Positions 33,377 through 41,932 of a stretch of DNA of 64,000 bases are shown piece by piece; the stretch's first letter is position 1, and the number at the start of each line of letters is the position of its first letter. Under the pieces are notes generated by a model. The model saw only the letters and a program-made list of their open reading frames with translations. It searched no databases and had not been told where the DNA came from. Made by a program: the position numbers and the translations under genes. The stretch lies in contig CAWGMA010000004.1 of assembly GCA_963823555.1 (NCBI GenBank), forward strand, positions 32,001-96,000. The letters are read 5' to 3'. Source of the DNA: Candidatus Eiseniibacteriota bacterium. GTDB taxonomy: Bacteria > Eisenbacteria > RBG-16-71-46 > CAVPCR01.

Positions 33377-33423
33377 TTGACAGTTAATAGATAGCCTGAT
33401 TAATATTTAACGTAGGTAACTAT
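33377..33423 (+). promoter_or_regulatory. Sigma-70 promoter and candidate MarR operator
   Basis: TTGACA 33377-82, TAATAT 33401-06; AT-rich island; imperfect inverted repeat ATATTTAAC-GTA-GGTAACTAT 33403-33423. Confidence 0.65.
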
Positions 33424-33437
33424 ACCGGGGAGGATGC

Positions 33438-34097
33438 ATGGACGCAGCATCCGACCGGCGCCCGCCGGACACCACATGGGAGGGGGGAGGAGGTGGCGGT
33501 GAGGGCGCGGAGCTCGTACCGCTCCTACGCTCCAGCCACATCTTTGCCTCCGTCGTTCGCGAGTTTCTCGAGCTCAAGCTCCTGCGCGAAGTAAGTCCCG
33601 CTCCGCTCTCCCTCTCCCAGTTCCATCTTCTCAAGCTCGTTTGCGACAACGGGTCGCACCAGGTCGGGGAAGTCGCCGAGTTCCTCGGCGTCAGCCCTCC
33701 TGCCGCCACCAAGAACATCGACAAGCTCGAAGCTCTCGATCTCGTTCGCCGCAGTCCATCCCGCGGCGACCGGCGGGCCACGATGCTCCATGTCGGTCCC
33801 AAGGGCCGGCGGCTGGTCGATGACTACGAGCAACTCAAGACCGCACGACTGGCTCCCATCCTCGCCGGCTTCCGTCCGGAAGAACTCGGGCAACTCGCGA
33901 CGTTGCTCGAGCGCTTCTCGGTGGCGTTGCTCGAGGCCGAGGATTCGAACGGAGTCTGTCTACGATGTGCCGCCTATGTGGAGAGCGACTGCCCCGTGAG
34001 CCGTGTGCGCGGCTTCTGTCCTTACCAGAAGGCGCGCGGCGGGCGGGTGAGTGAACTGAACCCAGAGGGAGTTGACCGACTCGAGGGGAGTTCTTGA
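33438..34097 (+). CDS. MarR-family regulator with C-terminal four-Cys extension
   Basis: LSLSQFHLL, EVAEFLGVSPPAATKNIDKLE, DRR; CLRC-x7-C-x8-C. Confidence 0.85.
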   Translation: MDAASDRRPPDTTWEGGGGGGEGAELVPLLRSSHIFASVVREFLELKLLREVSPAPLSLSQFHLLKLVCDNGSHQVGEVAEFLGVSPPAATKNIDKLEALDLVRRSPSRGDRRATMLHVGPKGRRLVDDYEQLKTARLAPILAGFRPEELGQLATLLERFSVALLEAEDSNGVCLRCAAYVESDCPVSRVRGFCPYQKARGGRVSELNPEGVDRLEGSS

Positions 34098-34438
34098 TGG
34101 TCCTTTGGCGAAAACCCCTGGATCTCGATCAGGTCAAGATCCCGCGCGGAGAGGTGCGGATCATTGCTGATCGCTGCAAGGGATGCGGATTCTGCGTCGA
34201 GTACTGCCCGAAGGATGTCCTCGTGCTGTCCGAGGAATTCAATCGGAAGGGTTACCACCCGCCACGGGTGGTCAAGAGCGGAGAATGCGTGAACTGCAAT
34301 CTCTGCGAGATGATCTGCCCGGACTTCGCCATCTTCAGCGTTTCCGCCAACGGTCCGGCGCCGGACGCGGGCGAGGCGGATCGTTCGGCGGCCGGGCCGG
34401 CGACTGCGGTGGTGCCGAGCGCGGGTGGAGCGGCCTAG
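34097..34438 (+). CDS. korD: 2-oxoacid:ferredoxin oxidoreductase delta subunit (2x[4Fe-4S])
   Basis: CKGCGFCVEYCP, CVNCNLCEMICPDFAI. Confidence 0.88.
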   Translation: MVLWRKPLDLDQVKIPRGEVRIIADRCKGCGFCVEYCPKDVLVLSEEFNRKGYHPPRVVKSGECVNCNLCEMICPDFAIFSVSANGPAPDAGEADRSAAGPATAVVPSAGGAA

Positions 34439-34470
34439 GCCAGCCTCCGCCCGGCCGAGGAGGATTCGAG

Positions 34471-35628
34471 GTGAAAGCGGATCCATTGGGTGTCCTGACC
34501 GGCGCCCACTATCTGGATGGCGATTTCGCTTGCGGCGAAGGGGCGATGGCTGCCGGGTGCCGCTTCGTCGCCGGCTATCCCATCACGCCGTCAACCGAGG
34601 TCGTCGAACGTATTGCTCGCCGCTTCCCCATGATGGGAGGCCTCTTCATCCAGATGGAGGATGAGCTCGCGAGCATGGCGGCCGTCGTCGGCGCGGCGTG
34701 GACCGGAACCAAATCGATGACCGTGACGAGCGGGCCAGGCTTCAGTCTGATGATGGAGAACATCGGGCTCGCGGCCATGATGGAGACGCCCTGTGTCGTG
34801 GTCAATGTCCAGCGTGCCGGACCTTCCACCGGTCTTCCGACCATGGTCGGCCAGGGCGACATGATGCAGGCGCGCTGGGGATCTCACGGCGATTACGAGA
34901 TCATCGCCTTGTGTCCTCGTTCTCCCCAGGAGGCATTCGATCTCACGATCGAAGCCTTCAACCTGGCGGAGACCTATCGTCTACCGGTTCTGATCATGAT
35001 GGATGAGTGCGTGGGTCACATGACGGAGAAGGTGGTGATCCCCCCCGCGGAAGAGATCGAGATCGTGCCGCGCCGCTTGACCGAGGAGCCACCGGATCGA
35101 TTCCGCCCCTACCGGGTCAACGGGAACATGATCCCCGAGTTCGCGCGGGCCGGTGATGGATTCCGTTTCCATACCACCGGACTTACTCATGACGAACGCG
35201 GCTATCCTGACATGACTGCCGAGTGCCAGGAGAAGAGTGTGCGGCGGCTCATCGACAAGGTGCGCGCCAATGCCGATCGCATCATCCGCGTCGAGGAAGA
35301 AGCGATCGAAGGGGCCGATGTGGTGGTGGTGACCTACGGCATCACCTCCCGCGTCGCTCGCATGGGAATCCAGATGGCGCGCAAGCAGGGAGTGAAGGTC
35401 GGGGCGCTCAGGCTGCTCGTGGTCTGGCCCTTCCCGGAGAAACGGATCCGGGAGCTGGCGGGGAGGGTCAAGGCGTTCGTGGTGCCCGAGATCAACTACG
35501 GACAGATCGTGCTCGAGGTGGAGCGCTGTGCTGCGGGCAAGGCGGCGGCGGTGTCCGTGACGCACGGCGGCGGCGGCGTCCATGATCCGGCCGCGATCTG
35601 CGAGGCCATAGTGAGGGCGGCGAAATGA
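34471..35628 (+). CDS. korA: 2-oxoacid:ferredoxin oxidoreductase alpha subunit
   Basis: AGYPITP, QMEDE, TSGPG, QRAGPSTG. Confidence 0.92.
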   Translation: MKADPLGVLTGAHYLDGDFACGEGAMAAGCRFVAGYPITPSTEVVERIARRFPMMGGLFIQMEDELASMAAVVGAAWTGTKSMTVTSGPGFSLMMENIGLAAMMETPCVVVNVQRAGPSTGLPTMVGQGDMMQARWGSHGDYEIIALCPRSPQEAFDLTIEAFNLAETYRLPVLIMMDECVGHMTEKVVIPPAEEIEIVPRRLTEEPPDRFRPYRVNGNMIPEFARAGDGFRFHTTGLTHDERGYPDMTAECQEKSVRRLIDKVRANADRIIRVEEEAIEGADVVVVTYGITSRVARMGIQMARKQGVKVGALRLLVVWPFPEKRIRELAGRVKAFVVPEINYGQIVLEVERCAAGKAAAVSVTHGGGGVHDPAAICEAIVRAAK

Positions 35629-36518
35629 CGACGGCTGATTCAACGACCGTTCGCGCGGAAGAGCATCCCATTGCGCCATACATCCGCATGGATCGTATGC
35701 CGCACATCTGGTGTCCGACCTGCGGGATCGGGACGGTGGTCAAGTGTTTTGCTTCTGCCCTGGAGCAGACCGGCGTCGACCTCGACAAGGTGGCGGTTGT
35801 CTCCGGGATCGGTTGCACGGGGCGCGTGGCTGGATACATGAAGCTCGACGGCTTCCACACCACCCACGGCCGGGCGATCCCCTTCGCCACCGGGCTCAAG
35901 CTGGCCCGGCCGGAGCTCAAGGTCACCGTCTTCTCCGGAGATGGCGACCTGGTGGGAATCGGCGGCAACCACTTCATCCATGCCGTGAGGCGGAACATGG
36001 ATCTGCTCGTCATCCTGGTCAACAACTTCATCTACGGGATGACAGGCGGGCAGAACGGGCCGACGACGCCGGTCACGGCGCGTTCGTCGACCATGCCTTT
36101 CGGCAACTTCGAACGGTCCTTCAACCTGCCCCATCTGGCGGCGAGCTGCGGGGCCACCTATGTCGCCCGCTGGACCTGTCTCCATGTGCGGCGGTTGACC
36201 AAGGCCTTCGCCGAGGGAATCGATCGCAAGGGGTTCCGGTTCATCGAGGTCATCACCCCGTGCTCGACTCTCTATGCGCGCCTCAACAAGCTCGGCACCG
36301 GCTTCGAGCTCATGAAGTTCTACCACGACAATGTCGAGATCCAGCACGCGGCGGATACGCGGGATGCGGACATTGGCTTCCAGGGAAAGATCCTCTGCGG
36401 GAAGTTCATCGATGAGGAGAGACCGACATTCCTCGAGATGATGCACGAGCACTACCGGAAGGTCCTGGGAGAGAAGTACGTACCGATGCCGCCCGAGGGA
36501 GGAATGCTCCGTGGATAG
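35625..36518 (+). CDS. korB: 2-oxoacid:ferredoxin oxidoreductase beta subunit (TPP-binding)
   Basis: WCPTCG, SGIGC, GDGD..NN, YGMTGGQ. Confidence 0.93.
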   Translation: MTTADSTTVRAEEHPIAPYIRMDRMPHIWCPTCGIGTVVKCFASALEQTGVDLDKVAVVSGIGCTGRVAGYMKLDGFHTTHGRAIPFATGLKLARPELKVTVFSGDGDLVGIGGNHFIHAVRRNMDLLVILVNNFIYGMTGGQNGPTTPVTARSSTMPFGNFERSFNLPHLAASCGATYVARWTCLHVRRLTKAFAEGIDRKGFRFIEVITPCSTLYARLNKLGTGFELMKFYHDNVEIQHAADTRDADIGFQGKILCGKFIDEERPTFLEMMHEHYRKVLGEKYVPMPPEGGMLRG

Positions 36519-37119
36519 GCTCGAGATGCGGATCACAGGGTTCGGCGGCCAGGGGGTCGTGCTCGCCGGCTACATCTTCGGGCGCGCCTGCGCCATCCAC
36601 GCCGACAAGCACGCCACCATGATCCAGAGCTTCGGACCCGAGGCCCGCGGATCGGCTTGCAGTGCCACCCTGGTCGTATCCGACAGTGAGGTGCTTTACC
36701 CCTACGTCCAGCGGCCGGACATCCTGATCGTGATGTCCGGTGAAGGCTATGAGAAATACGGCGCCGAGCTCAAGGATGGAGGCACGCTGATCTGCGAGCG
36801 GGACCTCGTCAAGGCGGAACCGAAGCCGGGGCTCAAGATCTTTGCCGTGCCTTCGACCCGGATCGCGGAGACGCTGGGCAGGCCGATCGTGCAGAACATC
36901 GTCATGCTGGGCTTCGCGGCCGCCGTGATCGCTGCGGTGCCGCAAGAAGCGATGATCACGGCAGTGAAGGGATCGGTCCCGGCGGGGACCGAGGACATCA
37001 ATCTCAAGGCCTTCGCTGCCGGCTGGGAGTACTTCGAAACCGAGTACGGGAGCAAGGGGCAGGCGGCGCCGGCCAGCGAAGCGGTGGGAGCGGCGCCGGC
37101 GGAATCCGGAGCGACCTAG
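36511..37119 (+). CDS. korC: 2-oxoacid:ferredoxin oxidoreductase gamma subunit
   Basis: GFGGQG, SFGPEARG, NIVMLG, NLKAF. Confidence 0.92.
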   Translation: MDRLEMRITGFGGQGVVLAGYIFGRACAIHADKHATMIQSFGPEARGSACSATLVVSDSEVLYPYVQRPDILIVMSGEGYEKYGAELKDGGTLICERDLVKAEPKPGLKIFAVPSTRIAETLGRPIVQNIVMLGFAAAVIAAVPQEAMITAVKGSVPAGTEDINLKAFAAGWEYFETEYGSKGQAAPASEAVGAAPAESGAT

Positions 37120-37152
37120 TTGCGGGAGAGCCGCAAGGTGGAGTGAAAGAGG

Positions 37153-40100
37153 ATGGGCAAGCGACGGCAGCAGCCGGTGGAAACGATCGAGCCCGCGGTG
37201 GTGGAGAGACGGGCGCTGGTGATCGGTGGTGGTATCGCCGGTATCCAGGCAGCGCTGGATCTTGCCAACGCCCGCGTGCGCGTCAGTCTGGTGGAGAAGT
37301 CGCCGTCACTGGGTGGACGCATGGCCCAGCTCGACAAGACCTTTCCCACCATGGACTGCTCGATCTGAATCCTCGGCCCCAAGGCCATGGATGCCGGTCG
37401 GCATCCGCTCATCGACGTCATCACCAATGCCGAGGTCGTCGCCGCTGAGGGCGAGCCCGGTAGCTTCCGCGTGCGCGTTCGGCAGCACCCGCGCTTTGTC
37501 CGCGAGGATCGCTGCGTGGCCTGTGGGCTTTGCGTGGACGCTTGCCCCCAGGTCGGGGGCAATGAGTTCGACGTCGGCCTGAAGGCGCGCAAGGCCATCT
37601 ACCGCCCGTTCCCGCAGTCGGTGCCTGCGGCCTACGTTATCGACCGCGAATCCTGTCTCAACAAGAAGCTCCTGGTCTGCGATCGCTGCGTTCGCTCCTG
37701 CGACGTCGACGCCATCGACTTCGACATGGCGCCGCGGGACATCGATCTCGATGTCGGTTCGATCCTGGTGGCCGTCGGGTTCCAGGAGTTCGATGCCCGG
37801 AAGCTCGGCAACTACGGCTATGGGCGCTTTCCGAATGTGGTCACGAGCCTGGAGCTCGAGCGGATGCTGAACGCCTCCGGAGTCACCCAGGGCCATGTGG
37901 TACGACCCTCCGACGGCAAGACCCCACGGCGGATCGTCTTCATCCAGTGCGTGGGCGCGCGCGGCGAGGGTGGCCGTCCCTATTGCAGCCGCTTCTGCTG
38001 CATGAATGCAGTGAAGGACTCGATGCTCATCCGCCAGCACGATCCGGAGGTGGAGGAGATCACGATCCTCTACACCGACCTCCGGGCGTTCGGGAAGGGC
38101 TTCGATGACTTCCTCCAGCGCTCGATCGATGAAGAGAGCGCTCGCTACATCCGCGGCCGCCCGTCCAAGGTCGAGCATGTTCCGGAAGGCGATCAACTCG
38201 CGGTCTTCGTCGAGGACACACTGGGCCACGAGCTCAAACGGCTCGAGTCCGATCTCGTCGTGCTCTCCGTCGCGGCCGCTCCCAATGATGGCGCCATCCA
38301 TCTCGCCCGCATCCTCGGCATCGAGACCGACGCCTACGGTTTCATCGCGCGGCGGGATCCCGCCATCTCGGCGGTCGAGACCACCCGTCGCGGCGTCTTC
38401 GTCTGCGGCAGCGCGGTCGGGCCGCAGGTGATTCCGGACTGCGTGGCGCAAGCCTCGGCGGCCGCCTCGCGGGCCGGGCTGTTCTTGACCGGCCATCGTG
38501 TCGAGGAGCAGGAGTCGAAGGTCCAACCTCTGGATCTCTCCGGTCCACCGCGCGTCGGCGTCCTCGTATGTCACTGCGGCATCAACATCGCCGGCCTCCT
38601 CGACGTCGAGGAGCTCGCACGCCACGCCGCGGCCCTTCCCGATGTGGTGGTGGCTCGGACCCAGCTCTTCGCCTGCTCGGCCACCGGCCAGGATGAGCTG
38701 GTCGAGCTCGTCCGCGAGCACGGGCTGAACCGCATCGTGGTCGCGGCGTGCACGCCGCGCACCCATGAACCCGTCTTTCGCGAGACCTGCCTCAGGATCG
38801 GCTTCAATCCCTACCTCTTCGAGATGGTGAACATCCGCGATCAGTGTTCGTGGGTCCACGCGAAGCACCCGGCCGCGGCGCAGCAGAAGGCACGTGCCCT
38901 GATCGGGATGGGGGTGGCGCGGGCCCGGCACCTCGAGCCGCTCACGACCGGGCGCGCGCCGATGACGCGGGCCGCCCTGGTGATCGGGGGCGGTATCGCC
39001 GGCATCCAGGCGGCCACGGACCTGGCCGCCCAGGGTTTTCCCACCGTGCTCGTCGAGAAGTCGAGCCGGCTGGGCGGGCGCCTGGCCGAGCCCCATCTCA
39101 AGCATCTGTATCCCAGCCTCAGGCCGGCGGCCGAGGTGCTCGCCCAGAAGCAGAAGCGCCTCGAGGAGAGCGGAGCCCGCGTCCTGCTCGAGACCGAGGT
39201 CGAGGACATCAGTGGATTCGTGGGCAGCTTCACGGCGAAGCTGCGCGGCCGGACGACCGAGGAGCTCAAGGTCGGGGCCATCATCCTCGCTTTCGGGGCC
39301 GACCTCTACGATCCGGAAGGCGAGTTCGGTCGCGGGCGCTTGCCGAACGTGATCACGAGCGAGGAGCTCGAGCGGGCCTTCTTCTCGGGCGACGGCGAGC
39401 TGACCCTCGGCGGCCGGCGGCCGCAGCACGCGAGCTTCATTCTTTGCGTGGGCTCGCGCGAGGCGCACGGGTTCACCGGCTGCTCGCGCTACTGCTGCCC
39501 GACCGCGATCAAGCAGGCCATGCAGCTCACCCGCCAGGGGATCGATACGACCGTTTTCTACCGTGACATCCGCACCATCTCCACCGGAGCGGAGGAGATG
39601 TACCGCGAGGCGCGCGGTATGGGTGTGCTCTTCGTGCGCATCCCTCCCGGTGAGAAACCCGAGGTGGTGGGGAAGGAGCGGGTCGAGGCGGTGCGCTGCT
39701 TCGACGATCTCCTCGGCCGGCGCCTCGAGGTGCCGAGCGACCTCGTGGTCCTGAGCGTCGGCATGCGGCCGCGCCGGGAGGATACGGCCCGGTTCCACGA
39801 GATGCTCAAGGCGAGCCTCGGCCTCGACGGGTTCTTCCTCGAGCGGCACCCCGAGCTGGGACCGGTGGAAACCCAGGTCGAAGGGATCCTCCTCGCCGGC
39901 ACCGTGCAGGGTCCCAAGGACATCGTCGACACGGTGGCGCAGGCCTCGGCGGCCGCGGCCAAGGCGGCCGTATTCCTGGCCTACGACCAGGTCACGCTCG
40001 ATCCGGCGGTGGCGGTGGTGGACGAGGTCCGCTGCCGCGCCTGCGGCACCTGCGTCGACATCTGCCAGTTCCAGGCGCCGGAGCTCGTCGAACTGGCGCC

Positions 40101-40257
40101 GGGGATCACGACCGCGCGCATCAACGCCTCCCTGTGCAAGGGGTGCGGAACCTGCGCCAGCTGGTGTCCTTCCGGAGCGATCACGGCCAAGCACTTCACC
40201 GATCGGCAGTTGAACGCCATGATCGATGCCTTCTTCGCCGCGGAGGTGGAGTCATGA
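37153..40257 (+). CDS. hdrA: Large tandem HdrA-family flavoprotein (about 1034 aa), probable selenoprotein (UGA codon 72 at 37366-37368)
   Basis: ORFs 37153 and 37387 are in frame across the TGA in [15 protein letters not shown]; two GGGIAG FAD motifs, YCSRFCC, ferredoxin motifs. Confidence 0.9.
37389..37406 (+). promoter_or_regulatory. Bacterial SECIS-like hairpin 1
   Basis: GGATGCC-GGTC-GGCATCC; 27 nt between the UGA and the G-starting apical loop. Confidence 0.8.
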
Positions 40258-40766
40258 CGGCGACCGCTACATCCTTCACTCCCGACATCGTCGTGTTCGC
40301 GTGCAACTGGTGTTCCTATGCCGGAGCCGACACGGCCGGCGTGTCACGCATGCAGCACGAGCCGCACTTCCGGATGATCCGGGTCATGTGCTCCGGGCGT
40401 ATCCAGCCGGCCTTCGTCCTGCGCGCCTTCGAGCGCGGAGCCGACGGTGTGATCGTCTCCGGCTGCCATTTCGGCGACTGTCACTACGTCTTCGGCAACC
40501 ATCGGGCCGTCGAGCAGTTCGAGAAGACGATGGCGATCGTGAAGCTCCTGGGCATCGATCCGGGTCGCCTGCGGCTCGAGTGGATCAGCGCGGCTGAGGG
40601 CGCGCGGTTTGCGCAGGTCGTGAACGAGTTCATCGCCCAGGTGCGGGCACTCGGGCCGAGTCCGCTCCGGCGCCGGAGGCCGGCCGGCACGGAGTCGGGA
40701 TCGGGAGATCAGGTGGCGGTGGCGCACGCGGCGGCCGGGGCGCCGGGGGTGGGATGCAATGGTTGA
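40254..40766 (+). CDS. mvhD: MvhD/FlxD-like [2Fe-2S] subunit
   Basis: [34 protein letters not shown]. Confidence 0.92.
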   Translation: MTATATSFTPDIVVFACNWCSYAGADTAGVSRMQHEPHFRMIRVMCSGRIQPAFVLRAFERGADGVIVSGCHFGDCHYVFGNHRAVEQFEKTMAIVKLLGIDPGRLRLEWISAAEGARFAQVVNEFIAQVRALGPSPLRRRRPAGTESGSGDQVAVAHAAAGAPGVGCNG

Positions 40767-41904
40767 GCTCAAGGACATCACGCGGCGGGCTCGCACCTGG
40801 GCCTGCTATGACTGCGGCAAGTGCACCGCCACCTGCCCGCTGGCGCGGGTCGGCGGCGGGCTGAGCCCCCGCCGCTCGGTGCTGGCCGCGAACCTGGGCG
40901 ACCGCTCGGCGCTCCTCGTCGATGGCAGTCTCCGTGCCTGCCTCACCTGCAGCCAGTGCGATCAGCGGTGCCCGGTCGAGGTCGACTACACGAGCATGGT
41001 GCGAGAGCTCCGTGAGTTCACTCATCACGGACCGAGCGAGCCCGACTGCCCGCATGGGGGAGCCCTGCAATCGGTCATGCGCATGATGGCCCGAGGGGGT
41101 ACCACACAGAATCGACTCGAGTGGCTGGGCGGCGATCTGGCCACCGAGCCGGCCCAGGGCGAGGTCTTCTACTGGACCGGGTGCGGCGTCTACTACGACG
41201 CGTTCTTCAAGGACCTGGGAGTCGAGGCGGTTTCCGGCCTCCGCGCCGCGGTCCGGCTCATGAACCGGCTCGGCGTCAAGCCGGTGGTGTCCGCGGAAGA
41301 GCGTTGCTGTGGTCACGATCTTCTGTGGAACGGCGATCGAGCGAGCTTCGAGCTCCTGGCCCGGCACAACACGGCGCTCGTGGCCGCAAGCGGCGCCCAG
41401 TGGCTCGTGACCTCCTGCGCGGAGTGTCTGCGCACCTGGAAGGTCGACTATGCGCCGTTCCTGAGCCGCCCCCTCAAGGTCCTGCATATCACCGAATTCG
41501 TGGCCGAGCATCTCCCCGAGCTCAAGCTCAAGCCCGACGGCGAGAAGCGGGTCACCTTCCAGGATCCCTGCCGGATGGGCCGCCACCTCGGGCTCTACGA
41601 GCCGCCGCGCCGCATTCTCCGCGAGCTGCCCGGGGTCGAGTTCAAGGAGATGCGGCGGGCCGGAGCGGCGGCCGTTTGCTGTGCGGGCGGGACCTGGTCC
41701 AACTGCGACCGGTACGCCAAGCAGGTCCAGGTCGAGCGCCTGCGCGAGGCGCGTTCGACCGGCGCTCAAGTGCTGGTGACCGCATGTCCGAAGTGCCAGA
41801 TCCACTTCCGGTGTGCGATGCGAGATCCGAAGCTCGGAGCGGAAATCGAGATCGAAGTGCGAGATGTCGCCGAGCTCGTGGCCGAGAGGCTCGAGCCGGC
41901 TTGA
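40759..41904 (+). CDS. HdrD-like Fe-S oxidoreductase (2x[4Fe-4S] plus two CCG domains)
   Basis: CYDCGKCTATCP, CLTCSQCDQRCP, RCCG, QDPC, CCAG, TACPKC. Confidence 0.85.
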   Translation: MVELKDITRRARTWACYDCGKCTATCPLARVGGGLSPRRSVLAANLGDRSALLVDGSLRACLTCSQCDQRCPVEVDYTSMVRELREFTHHGPSEPDCPHGGALQSVMRMMARGGTTQNRLEWLGGDLATEPAQGEVFYWTGCGVYYDAFFKDLGVEAVSGLRAAVRLMNRLGVKPVVSAEERCCGHDLLWNGDRASFELLARHNTALVAASGAQWLVTSCAECLRTWKVDYAPFLSRPLKVLHITEFVAEHLPELKLKPDGEKRVTFQDPCRMGRHLGLYEPPRRILRELPGVEFKEMRRAGAAAVCCAGGTWSNCDRYAKQVQVERLREARSTGAQVLVTACPKCQIHFRCAMRDPKLGAEIEIEVRDVAELVAERLEPA

Positions 41905-41932
41905 TCGATAGACCGAGAATGGAGAGGTTCTG

